Assembly: GCA_000165345.1 (NCBI GenBank)
Contig: CM000430.1
Coordinates: forward strand, 672,001-736,000
Length of the DNA: 64,000 nucleotides
Direction: 5' to 3'
Notes under the pieces: generated by a model
Seen by the model: the letters and a program-made list of their open reading frames with translations, nothing else
Database searches by the model: none
Told to the model about the DNA's origin: nothing
Shown here: positions 13,260 through 23,196 of the stretch, in pieces
Layout of the letters: each line of letters starts with the position of its first letter
Numbering within the stretch: position 1 is the first letter of the stretch
Program-made: the position numbers and the translations under genes

Positions 13260-14200
13260 TTAATGGTTCTCTAAGCTTAATTCTTGCTACTTTAACCCAT
13301 AGATAATTCTATCATAAAGAAGAAAAGAATCCAACTTGAAAATACTCTCTTAATCTAATAACAATCTTCTTCTTATATTGAAAAAAAAGAGAAGATGTAA
13401 TTTATTAACAGGATCTCCGAGACGTGGAATCATTAAAATACCCATTATTCATCCCCTTGTCTCCAATTTGGACATATATATGAGCTTCTGACTAATTTTA
13501 TCATTATTATATTATGATGGTTACTATACTACTAACATACTAGAGCAAATTCCAGATAACAAAAGTGGAAATGATCCTATTTCCTTTTTTTTCTGTTGAT
13601 TGTGGTAACTAATTAATAAAGGAGCAAGTATTTAGTTCATTTGATGATGTAATATGAGAGTTAGTAGTGTATTTATTCACTACATTGTTGTGCTACATCA
13701 TTTTTATCCATACTGAAAAGGAATTAAAGAATGTGGAGAGGAACTAAAGCGAGAAGAGAGAGAAAAACTTGATAGAAATGGAGAATAATAGTAATAAATA
13801 GATTTAGAGGTCGTTATACATAATTGTCGTCGACAACTTACTTTTAAATTCTGCCGAGAATATTCATTATTTAGTCCATTTTAATTATTAACTTTAAAGA
13901 CAATTTTTTTAATGTATTGTTTATATTAATATTGTATTTGAAAGATTAAAAAAAAGTTACTCTCCAAAATGCATGTTTGAGCGCCAATTTTTTTTCTTCT
14001 TAATCAATTTCCTACTCTGCTTATCTTTCAAATCGATAATAATTTATAAAAACTGACTATACTGGGAAATTGGTTGTAGATACATAATTCTGGAAAAGAA
14101 ATACAATTATTGCCGATCATTTAAAAGAAAGTAAACAGTTATATTTGAATAAAAAAATCTAAAATAAAACCTAATAAAGCATTGTCAGTTCTGAAACGCT

Positions 14201-14317
14201 TACCGGTATGACAAATATTTGCATGCAAAATTGAAGGATACCCGCCCAAACATTTTATGCACGCCCACTAGTTGTATAATATAGGGATGGGTATGTTTTT
14301 GTTGGCGCGCGCGCCAA
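14201..14317. promoter_or_regulatory. motif cluster: TACCGGTAT, TGCATGCAAAATTGAA, CCCGCCC, CACGCCC, perfect 16-bp palindrome TTGGCGCGCGCGCCAA
   Basis: It lies in the 3'/3' convergent intergenic region between the mucin-like gene and the Gly/Arg-repeat gene. Confidence 0.35.
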
Positions 14318-14448
14318 TAGCTGCCACCTGTTAATTAAGATGTCTGAAGAGTGGAATGACTGGAGTAAAGTGATCAATTGGAATATAGTGCATAACTGAC
14401 TTGTTATTTCTCTCATTTTTCCTTTCCATCTTTTTCTTTCTCTATCTT

Positions 14449-16161
14449 TCAATGTTTACTCGAATTTTCATGTTTAGACTTGCCATTGCCTCCTCTTCCT
14501 TTTTTTCCCCCTCCTCTAGTGGAATGTCCTCCTCCTCCTCTACTAGAATGTCCTCTACCAGAGCTTCCTCCTCTACCAGAATTTACTCCTCCCCCACCAG
14601 AATGTCCTCCCCTACCAGAATGTCCTCCCCTACCAGAATGTCCTCCCCTACCAGAATGCCCTCCCCTGCCAGAATGTCCTCCTCCCCTAGAAGAATGTTC
14701 GCCTCTCTCCATACCTCCTCCTGCTCTTCTTCCTTCTCCTTCTTGTATCACTATCCCTACTCCTTCTGAGTTTTCCCCAGTACTAAGAGCATCCTTAATT
14801 TCAAGTTTTGAGAATAAATGATCAAATAAAGTAATGTTTGAAGAATTATCATGACGAGATTTCAGGAATTCTCTAGCATCAGAGTCAATTTTCTCAGTTG
14901 ATCTAAGAAGTTTTCCTCTAAGAGGAGCTCCAGGATCTCGATCATCATGTAGCTTATTCTTGTCATTCTTACTAGATGCAGATGTTTTTGATGTAGTTGT
15001 AGCCTTTTTTGATGATAAATTAAACTTTTCCAAAGAAATCAAATTCTGTTTTTTATATTTTTGAATCTCCTCAATAAATTCATTATAAGCTTTAACACTA
15101 TTTTCCAAATTCTTGGAATCATTTTCAGATTCGACCGTATTAGTATTCCCAGTAGAAGATAAAGCCAAACAAGGAACAGATTTTAACTTGGATTGAATTT
15201 CTTTATTTTGTTGATAACTTTGTTGTGCATCTTTAACCTGTTCATTTAACTGCTTCCTTTCTGATTCCTTATTTGCAAATGGGATAAATTTCGGTGGTTT
15301 TTTTGTCAGATTTTTTGATCCAGAAAATCCTTTAGATCCTGATCCACTTAATATATTATTCAATTTCCAAGATTCCACCAAAGATTCCACATTCCCTCCC
15401 AAATATTTTACATTATTATTATTTAATAATAATATTGAATTCTGTACTTGTATTTTACTTAATCCTCCTTGTTGTAAATTCAACAATAACTTTGTACCTG
15501 GATATAATACCATATTGTCTTCATTATTCATACAATTCAATCTCTCATATTCTAAAGCGTTAATTATCACTGTATCATTCTTTTGGGTACTTGATTGTTC
15601 TGAAGTTGGTAATTTCATTTTTCCTGTTGTTAATGTAAAATATAACATTCTCTTTTTAAGCTTTATTTTACTTGAAAATCCTTTTCCTTTTTTTCCTTTT
15701 TCCTCATCTAACTCAACTTTCTCTTGTTTCTTATTCACAAAATTATCACTATGATTATTATCATACTCCATTAAATCATCCCAAATTTCATCTTTAAGAT
15801 CACTATCCAAATCATCATTATCATTATCAAAATCTCCAATTGAAGACCTTTTTGGTCTTATACAATCATATGATTTTACTACCATTACTAGTAAATTATT
15901 CAAATCTGTAACTATTTTTCCATCTCTAAATTTAATTGATTCTCCTATAAAATACTCCCTTAAATCACAATCCAATACAAACTTATCCAGATCTTTTTTC
16001 CATTCATCCTTAATCATACCGCTCTTATTACTAACAACATTCTTTTTAATCTTCCCTCCTTTTTTCTCTAATTCATCCAATATATCTTGTTTCTTCTCTT
16101 CTATTATTGATAATATCCCATACTTTTCTCTCAAATATTCTTCCACTTTAATTATATTCAT
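14449..16161 (-). CDS. hypothetical protein with C-terminal Gly/Arg (GGHSGR)n repeat, RGG-box-like
   Basis: This is a 570-aa ORF. The C-terminus is GGHSGRGGHSGRGGHSGRGG...GKKGRGG, encoded by an 18-nt tandem repeat, with a KDEL-less basic tail. The N-terminal two-thirds are unremarkable. Confidence 0.5.
   Translation of the reverse strand: MNIIKVEEYLREKYGILSIIEEKKQDILDELEKKGGKIKKNVVSNKSGMIKDEWKKDLDKFVLDCDLREYFIGESIKFRDGKIVTDLNNLLVMVVKSYDCIRPKRSSIGDFDNDNDDLDSDLKDEIWDDLMEYDNNHSDNFVNKKQEKVELDEEKGKKGKGFSSKIKLKKRMLYFTLTTGKMKLPTSEQSSTQKNDTVIINALEYERLNCMNNEDNMVLYPGTKLLLNLQQGGLSKIQVQNSILLLNNNNVKYLGGNVESLVESWKLNNILSGSGSKGFSGSKNLTKKPPKFIPFANKESERKQLNEQVKDAQQSYQQNKEIQSKLKSVPCLALSSTGNTNTVESENDSKNLENSVKAYNEFIEEIQKYKKQNLISLEKFNLSSKKATTTSKTSASSKNDKNKLHDDRDPGAPLRGKLLRSTEKIDSDAREFLKSRHDNSSNITLFDHLFSKLEIKDALSTGENSEGVGIVIQEGEGRRAGGGMERGEHSSRGGGHSGRGGHSGRGGHSGRGGHSGRGGHSGGGGVNSGRGGSSGRGHSSRGGGGHSTRGGGKKGRGGNGKSKHENSSKH
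14541..14697. repeat. 18-nt tandem repeat (ccagaatgtcctcccctac)n inside CDS
   Basis: There are 5-7 copies with degenerate flanks. The overlapping + strand ORFs 14401..14769 and 14480..14821 are antisense artefacts. Confidence 0.85.
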
Positions 16162-16364
16162 TTTATTATCTCCACTCCTAAATATATACTAATTCACTTT
16201 TTTATATTTAAGTTTTTAAAAGAACCTAAATCAAATCAACTCTTTCAAAATTATCAATTTCAATATTAATATGACCAATTTTATATTTTTAACTGATAAA
16301 AAAAAATTTTAAAATAAAAAAAAAAATCGACACAAATTTACATTTTATTTTCGTGATCCAAAAA

Positions 16365-16399
16365 CGCCGGTATAGAGAAAAAAAAATAAGGTACCGGCG
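16365..16399. promoter_or_regulatory. inverted pair of ACGCCGGTA motifs (cgccggtatag ... ggtaccggcg) followed by G-rich box
   Basis: It lies upstream of the minus-strand gene starting at 16161. Confidence 0.35.
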
Positions 16400-16593
16400 T
16401 GAGGGGGGAGGAGCAATATCACGGGTAGGGAGGATTAATTAAAAAAAAAAAAAAAAGGGAATTTTTAAAACTTAAAAATTAAATTAGCGATAACTTAGAA
16501 GAAATTTAATATCAGAAAGGAAGAAATAGTATTAAAAAAGAAAAGGAAAAGGTAGAAAATTTAGATAGCTCCAATCTTTTATTAGCTTTGTTG

Positions 16594-19065
16594 TCAAAAG
16601 TAATTAGCAATCCAAGGTTGATCCCTTTGCATAGACTTTATCTCACTATATAAATATTCTGAAACTCTTTGGTGGTTGGAAATAACACTATCTCCTGTCC
16701 CACTGAAAGATCTTTGAACTCTATTAGTCATAATTCTTGATACCCCAATTTTGATATTACTGTCGTAAGTGTTTTCAATATTAGCAGTTATTGGAGATAT
16801 TTCACCCAGCCTAAGTAAATTTGGGCTGCTCATCCTACCAACCCTTGTAATTGTCCTCCTTATAATTCTGTCATCAATCCAAGTCTCCCTCTTATGTTTA
16901 ACAATATTTGACAGAAACAATGATGATTTCAGATATCCCAAGACAAAATACTTTCTTGTACAGGTGATATTATCCAAAGTAAATTTATTTGGCCTTGAAT
17001 AATTAACTTTTTCTGTGCATCCTAAAGTTGGCTTCTTTTCCCTCCCAAAATGGTCGAAACAATTCTTAAAAATCTGAAAAGCTTTTTCCTCCAATACAGT
17101 ATTACTTATTCTACCTTGAAATATGATAGCATCCAATAGACCCCAAACTATAGAAGATCCTCTAATTTGGTTTTTACTATCCTGGTCATTCTGCCCTCCT
17201 CTATTTGTTGTCTCTTCTATTAAGCTTCTTAAAAATTCAATATCTTCAAAATTTATTAAAGTTTCAATGTAATCTAAGATTTCAATAATCAAAGATACTA
17301 AATAACCTCTATAAGTACTTGAATTTGAAATTCTTCCAACTTCTGAAGATTCTTCTTTTTTTATAGAAAGCTCAATCGCAATTCCCCAAACACAACCTTG
17401 CATAATCTTAATAATCTCAAAATTTATCATTTTTAATCTTGAACTAATAATATTCGGTACCTGTTTATTGTCCATTCCTCTACATATTTTAATTGGACTC
17501 ATTAATATCCCTTTTCTTGATTCTGAATTCAATACTTGATTACCTAAGTTCAAAATTCGAGCCCCCAAATCATTCATCCATTTTGTAGGTTTTACTCCAA
17601 ATAGACCCTTCTTTTCCTTTTCATCTTTCTTCTTATTACTATTCTCTTCTTCTAATCTCTTTTCAGCATGTTCTTTTCCTCTTTCCAACTTTACTAGAGT
17701 ATTTATCACAAGCATTAATCCAGAAGCCAATCCAGAATAAAGATACAAATTTTGTTGATTTAATGATGAAATATTTGTAAATATTGAGCCTAAATTCTGA
17801 ACAGATCTTGATAAACTTAATAGTAATTCATATATTAAATCATCTGATAATGAAATCTTATCCCCTCGGTATCTATTATTATTCCAAATATTTAATTTAT
17901 TATTAATTTTCTCTCTCTCTCTAAAGTATTTCATTATTCTTGATAACTTTGTATCCATTGATAAAGGTGTGAATTCTGAATTAATTTTTTCAAAATTGAA
18001 ATGATCAAATACTTGGGTTAGATCTAAAAACCCTTCAAAAAGATCCACCAAAAACTCACATGTTGACTTTATCAGCTGTGGTCTATCCCTATTCTTTCTT
18101 CTACTAAGTAAATTTCTCTCATCTCCCAATTCATTATCCAACCTAAAATTTTGGCATAATCTTCTTAATATATCATCCAATTTAATTTCGGTACCCCTAA
18201 TAAATAGTTCATGATCTTGATCTTGATCTTGACCTTGACAAAACAATATTCCAATTATCAACTTTAACAAATGAAATATTGAAGGATGATTCAGTAAGCT
18301 TATTAAATTTAATAAAAACCTCCCATTTTTTGTTGATAATATGTACTTCCAGGTCCATTCCAAATCATAAATCATCATATAGTAAACTAATTTAGAAAAG
18401 TTGGAAATTCCCACTATATTAGACTCTAATCCAAGTTCCTCCTCATATTCACCATTTTCATCCAGTATGAATTCTATTAATACAGATATTGGCATTGCAT
18501 ATATCCTATCAAGACGGTTCTCCTTTACTAAAATATTATCTTCCAGATTAAGACCTTGATCTGATTTTGAATATGTATTATTATTTCTTTGAATATCTGG
18601 TCCTAGTATCGAGTTTGTTTCAATATTTAAATTTGGCTTTAAGCTGAAATTGGATTCAAATCTTGAACTCGTTTCTGAATCTGTAACTAATCCAGAGTCT
18701 GAGTCTAACTCAGAATCTGATTCTGAATTTAAACCTAAATCTGAATCTGATTCAAGATCAAAATCCAATTCAGAATCTTTTACTGAATCTGAATTAGTAT
18801 TTACATTAAAGTCTATCCCAAAAGTATATCCGCTTATTAATACATCCAAAAACACATTTGTACAGAGCAGCTCTGTTGCTAATCTACTGTATTTAAATAT
18901 CTCTTCTGATGGATATAATGAGATTTCTAATAATCCCATAATATTATCATGATCCATAGCTATCTCCATCAATTCATCATTGCTCATCCCATCCAAATAG
19001 TCCAAAAATTTAAATTTAAAACCTTCAGAACATTCTCCTCCATCAATAAACTTCTCGTCATTCAT
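16594..19065 (-). CDS. SAPS-domain protein (PP6/Sit4 phosphatase regulatory subunit-like)
   Basis: The N-terminal FKYSRLATELLCTNVFLDVL resembles the SAPS signature (R/K)(F/Y)KYP..ACELLT.DV. It has an acidic (SDSE)n repeat region. The ORF-track start at 19071 is TTG, and the first ATG is at 19065. Confidence 0.45.
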   Translation of the reverse strand: MNDEKFIDGGECSEGFKFKFLDYLDGMSNDELMEIAMDHDNIMGLLEISLYPSEEIFKYSRLATELLCTNVFLDVLISGYTFGIDFNVNTNSDSVKDSELDFDLESDSDLGLNSESDSELDSDSGLVTDSETSSRFESNFSLKPNLNIETNSILGPDIQRNNNTYSKSDQGLNLEDNILVKENRLDRIYAMPISVLIEFILDENGEYEEELGLESNIVGISNFSKLVYYMMIYDLEWTWKYILSTKNGRFLLNLISLLNHPSIFHLLKLIIGILFCQGQDQDQDHELFIRGTEIKLDDILRRLCQNFRLDNELGDERNLLSRRKNRDRPQLIKSTCEFLVDLFEGFLDLTQVFDHFNFEKINSEFTPLSMDTKLSRIMKYFREREKINNKLNIWNNNRYRGDKISLSDDLIYELLLSLSRSVQNLGSIFTNISSLNQQNLYLYSGLASGLMLVINTLVKLERGKEHAEKRLEEENSNKKKDEKEKKGLFGVKPTKWMNDLGARILNLGNQVLNSESRKGILMSPIKICRGMDNKQVPNIISSRLKMINFEIIKIMQGCVWGIAIELSIKKEESSEVGRISNSSTYRGYLVSLIIEILDYIETLINFEDIEFLRSLIEETTNRGGQNDQDSKNQIRGSSIVWGLLDAIIFQGRISNTVLEEKAFQIFKNCFDHFGREKKPTLGCTEKVNYSRPNKFTLDNITCTRKYFVLGYLKSSLFLSNIVKHKRETWIDDRIIRRTITRVGRMSSPNLLRLGEISPITANIENTYDSNIKIGVSRIMTNRVQRSFSGTGDSVISNHQRVSEYLYSEIKSMQRDQPWIANYF

Positions 19066-19624
19066 CTTCAATATTATAAATTATCTCTTTTCTAAAATGA
19101 TTAGCAATTTCCAATACTAACTCTTCAATTACTCCCCAATCTGGATGCTTCTGAGAAACTCTTTAGCTTTAAACTCTAAATCTTAATTTTAACTTATTCA
19201 AAATATTTCACTTTTTTCCCATTTTTCTAAATTTTCTCTTTAATCAGAAAATTTTAATCGGTACCTTTAAAAAAAATTTTTAGCTAACTCTATACCGGTG
19301 TATAGGTACCCAATTAATTTTTTTTTTTGATAAAAAAATTTTTTTTTGAAGAAAAAAATACAAATTCTATGCTAATTCAACTAAAAAATACTTACATGAA
19401 AAAACATTAAACTAAAATCATTTTCCTAATTCTTTTTTGTTTTCCAAGCATTATTTCATTAGATATTTTTAATTACCCTCCTCTATAAAATTATCATAAA
19501 ATTCTCCACTTAATATTATTATATAATAACCACTCTATAACTTAATTCCAATTGAATTAAAGCCAAGACAATGTTTTTTCTACTTATATCCCATATTCCT
19601 ACCCTTTTGTACTCATAATTTACC

Positions 19625-22075
19625 TCATAAATATTGAAATACTGACTCATCATGTACCTTCTGCAAATCAGCCGCCTTGTACTTTCTATCACTGTCATAT
19701 ATTTTAACAGATGCTCTAACTGCTGCATGTTCAATTGATAACTCATTTACTCCTCTAATTATCCTACAGAACCCTTTCTCGCCCCAACGTTTACCCCAAC
19801 TATTTTGAACAATCCAATAAGGTATTCTTTCATTACCATAAGTTTCCCATCCCCATCCTGTTATTACCATTGCATGGTCAACTTTATGCCAAGGAATACT
19901 TGACCAAGGATATTGTCGTGTAATAGGGTCATAAAAACCTTTAAATACTCCTGAATTATATAATGAAAATTCTAATGTTGGCTCCAAACTAACTGCAACA
20001 GGCCCTTCATTCCATAATGACTCCATAATATCACGAGCAGTAGTTTTTCCATAAACGTTATTGACATAGCTGTACTCCTTTACCTTAATGATCTTTGAAC
20101 ATGACTTTGGAATGTTTTTTGTAATAGGAATATCTTTCCTACATTGAGTATTTGCTGCGCCCATATGTCCGCCTAAGTCCCAACATAATTGTTGAATAAC
20201 ATTAAACTTTTTAGGAATATTATATTTTGCACCACTGAGATGCCCCAATTCTTCATTATCTGATGAATTCTCATCATCAGAATCGCCATAATAATCGTGA
20301 ACATTTGAAATATGCTCCGCACTATCACTTCCTTCTAAGTGTTCTTCCATATCTTTATAATCATCTTGGTACTTTTGATCATGTTTTTGGCCTTGCTCTT
20401 GATCATGCTCCCGTTCATGCTCCTGTTCATGCTCCTGTTCATGCTCCTGTTCATGCTCCTGTTCATGCTCTTGATCATGCTCTTGATCATGCTCTTGATC
20501 ATACTCTTGATTATCTCCCTCTTGTTGCTTAATTTCCTTAATTTTAGACTTTTTACTTTCAAACTTCTTTCCCTTTTTTGTTTGCAGAAAACTATGGCCA
20601 TCATCTGCGATTCCAACTTCGTCTGGCGTGTAAACAGGAGTTGGATATATTTCCTTGAGACCAAGATTTTTAGCATAATCATCTACACAATCCTGCGTTC
20701 TAACGCCAACTTCCTGAGCAAATTTAAAAGCAAGAGTAATTAATCCACCTCCGCATCCTTGATTATAAACATTACATTCAGACATCTGTATTGATGATGC
20801 ATAGATTTTTCTAAGTATATCAGGCTCATTTGAATATTTAATCCACAAACGAGACGTAATTATTGTAGCTGCTGTTACTGCAAAACAATCTCCGCAATCT
20901 CCTTGATTAAAAACTTCAGGAATTAATCGTACCTTCTTTCCTAATCTTCCATAAACATGCTGAGGATTTGCCCAATCAAATGACCTAATTCTCATCCAAA
21001 TTGGTTCATCAGTGTTATTTTTAGAACCAGAAATCTGCTCTTCTTCCCTAACACTTGATATTTCTGTAATATACTCATCATTCGACTTTTTTCTTTGAAC
21101 AAAATGTGGAGAAATTTTCAATGCTTTTCTTACTTTTGGTAATGTATCCAAATTCTGAATATCTCCTATCTCAAATTTATTACTTCTACTCCATAATTTA
21201 TTCTTACTTTCAAATTCTGAATATTTTGCTGATACTTCATTTAAATACTCAGCAATTGTTGGATTTTGTGCGTTAACTGGATGATCTGGAGGTAATCCCA
21301 AAGGTGATGATCTCCATCTTGGAAGCTTCAAAGTCCATTCTGTTCTATCTGTCATCTTACCATCCCCATCAAATATCCTCATTCCATACCAACAGCCTCT
21401 TCTAAGCTTTAAATCTTCACTCATAACCAGCCAAGGATAATTATTGTACTTACTTCTTTCTTCAAGTGATAATATCTTATTCTCTTCTTTATTATCTTGA
21501 TTAGAAATTACACTTTCAGGATATGAATCCCACCATCCTAGAAGAGTTGTGTGGCAATAGCAATATGATGCATTAATATCTTCATGTTCATTAATATACT
21601 TGAAGAACGCTGTATATCTATATGATTTTGTCCAGAATGTGAAAGCTTGATCTAATATTACTGTCCAGTTACCCGTTGTACCAACTTTTTCAAAATCATT
21701 AAACTTTCCTGTATCAACGCCATCCAAATTCTGGGTTGAAATAACCTTCAATTCACTACCTTCAAATTTTACATCAAATGTAAATGAAAGTTTAAAATTA
21801 TTGTTCATCAATCCTCTCTCTGTTGGTGTTAACATACTATGCGCAAAATCCCTATCTGGAGATGGAAATCCACAAGTTGGATCTTCAAATTTTTGATCTG
21901 AAGGACATGGCTTATAAGTTCCCACATGAATTCTCCATGTGCCAACCACATCGCCATGAATACAATTTGGTGGTAAATCACTTGATATTTCTCTAATTAG
22001 TATTGAAAAAAACCAACAAAATAAAGCCCATTTCCTTCGCAAACTAATATGAAATCTTGATTTAAATCCTCCCAT
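19625..22075 (-). CDS. cathepsin C (dipeptidyl peptidase I)-like papain-family cysteine protease
   Basis: The N-terminal exclusion domain is DLPPNCIHGDVVGTWRIHVG...YTAFFKY...YCYCHTTLLGWW (cathepsin C is DTPANCTY.DLLGTW...FAFFKY). The catalytic Cys box is QGDCGDCFAVTAA and the His/Asn box is VDHAMVITGWG...VQNSWG. It has an acidic (EHEQ/EHDQ)n insertion. Confidence 0.8.
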   Translation of the reverse strand: MGGFKSRFHISLRRKWALFCWFFSILIREISSDLPPNCIHGDVVGTWRIHVGTYKPCPSDQKFEDPTCGFPSPDRDFAHSMLTPTERGLMNNNFKLSFTFDVKFEGSELKVISTQNLDGVDTGKFNDFEKVGTTGNWTVILDQAFTFWTKSYRYTAFFKYINEHEDINASYCYCHTTLLGWWDSYPESVISNQDNKEENKILSLEERSKYNNYPWLVMSEDLKLRRGCWYGMRIFDGDGKMTDRTEWTLKLPRWRSSPLGLPPDHPVNAQNPTIAEYLNEVSAKYSEFESKNKLWSRSNKFEIGDIQNLDTLPKVRKALKISPHFVQRKKSNDEYITEISSVREEEQISGSKNNTDEPIWMRIRSFDWANPQHVYGRLGKKVRLIPEVFNQGDCGDCFAVTAATIITSRLWIKYSNEPDILRKIYASSIQMSECNVYNQGCGGGLITLAFKFAQEVGVRTQDCVDDYAKNLGLKEIYPTPVYTPDEVGIADDGHSFLQTKKGKKFESKKSKIKEIKQQEGDNQEYDQEHDQEHDQEHEQEHEQEHEQEHEQEHEREHDQEQGQKHDQKYQDDYKDMEEHLEGSDSAEHISNVHDYYGDSDDENSSDNEELGHLSGAKYNIPKKFNVIQQLCWDLGGHMGAANTQCRKDIPITKNIPKSCSKIIKVKEYSYVNNVYGKTTARDIMESLWNEGPVAVSLEPTLEFSLYNSGVFKGFYDPITRQYPWSSIPWHKVDHAMVITGWGWETYGNERIPYWIVQNSWGKRWGEKGFCRIIRGVNELSIEHAAVRASVKIYDSDRKYKAADLQKVHDESVFQYL
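20380..20512. repeat. 12-nt tandem repeat (catgctcctgtt / catgctcttgat)n inside cathepsin C CDS
   Basis: About 10 copies encode (EHEQ)/(EHDQ)n. ORFs 20263..20532, 20335..20682 and 20339..20743 are artefacts of this repeat. Confidence 0.85.
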
Positions 22076-22805
22076 TAAGAATGTTTAGCTTCTCTTAAAT
22101 CTTGAGTTTATTTCTATTATAATCAAAAGTTTCTTGCCTTGATGGCTTGATTAAATAAAGTTCCTTATTTAAGTTTATTTGCTTTGTATTTTGCTAAAAT
22201 TTAAGTCGCAAAACTGAATTATAGGAATCCTCTAATAAAAGTGAGCTCCAAATCCTGCTCTATAACGTTTTTCTTTTGAACTATTACTGTTTTGACTCTT
22301 CTACTTCTTAGTATTTCTTTTTCATTACCATTATCTCAATTATATATTATTTAAATATTTTTGCGGCAGATGTTTCAATATTAATGTAAATTTTTTTTTC
22401 TTTATATGAATTTAAATATTTATAATAATTTTACCAAACATTCCAAGATAATCCAAAAATATCTCAATTTTTTAAAACTTTCAAACCAATCTCTTTTTTT
22501 ACTCACTTAAAATCTGATAATTATATAAATAAAGTTTCTCTTTAAATAATTCTTTTCCCACTTCACTTGTGTGTCCACTCACTATTTCTCAATCTAACCA
22601 ATTATTACTTATTTTCTTCTCAAAATACTTCCTATTATTTTCCTCCTTACTTTGCATTCTTCTATTTTATTCGATTTCCCTCAGGAAAATATTCATTAAA
22701 ATTCAACGGTTATTCCTATTAATATTACTCTAATCCAGATTTTATACTTTAAAAAAACTTATGTGGATAACTTTTATTTAAAAAAAAAACACCTAATATG
22801 ACTAT

Positions 22806-22877
22806 TGCATGCAATAAAAATTTGACAATTATGTGGTTTGCAACGCCGGTATATAATTTGCGCATGTGTTGCATGCA
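22806..22877. promoter_or_regulatory. two TGCATGCA boxes plus ACGCCGGTATA, bounded by inverted repeat GGTTTGCAAC / GTTGCATGCAAACC, upstream of cathepsin C-like gene
   Basis: Read directly at 22806-22813, 22845-22855 and 22870-22877. Confidence 0.35.
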
Positions 22878-23196
22878 AACCAGAAAATATTAGAGGGGAA
22901 AAAGTATTGGAATAGTCAAAAGTGAATATTGAAGAGAAAGAGTAAACAGCAGCGAAGAGAGACTTTTTAAATATTCTAATTTTTTTTAAATCAAAAGAAC
23001 TAAACTTCTCTATATATTCAACTGTCCTCCTTATTCTAATAGTTTAGATCCTAGAATGTCTTTCCTATCGTGATTATCTCATTAAGCTTTATAATTTTGG
23101 GAAACTCGTGCTATTAATAAAAACAATTCCAAGAAATCTAAGCAACAGTCATCTTATAAGCCAGTTGCATTAGCTCAGACTTTTGAACTACTCTCC

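Noticed and set aside
14401-14821. + strand ORFs rich in Ser/Pro (14401..14769, 14480..14821)
   Set aside because: They are antisense or frame-shifted readings of the 18-nt tandem repeat in the minus-strand gene. They are low-complexity artefacts.
20263-20743. Three overlapping ORFs within the cathepsin C repeat (His/Ala/Pro- or Leu/Met-rich)
   Set aside because: They are alternative-frame translations of the 12-nt tandem repeat. The papain-family frame on the minus strand is clearly the real gene.
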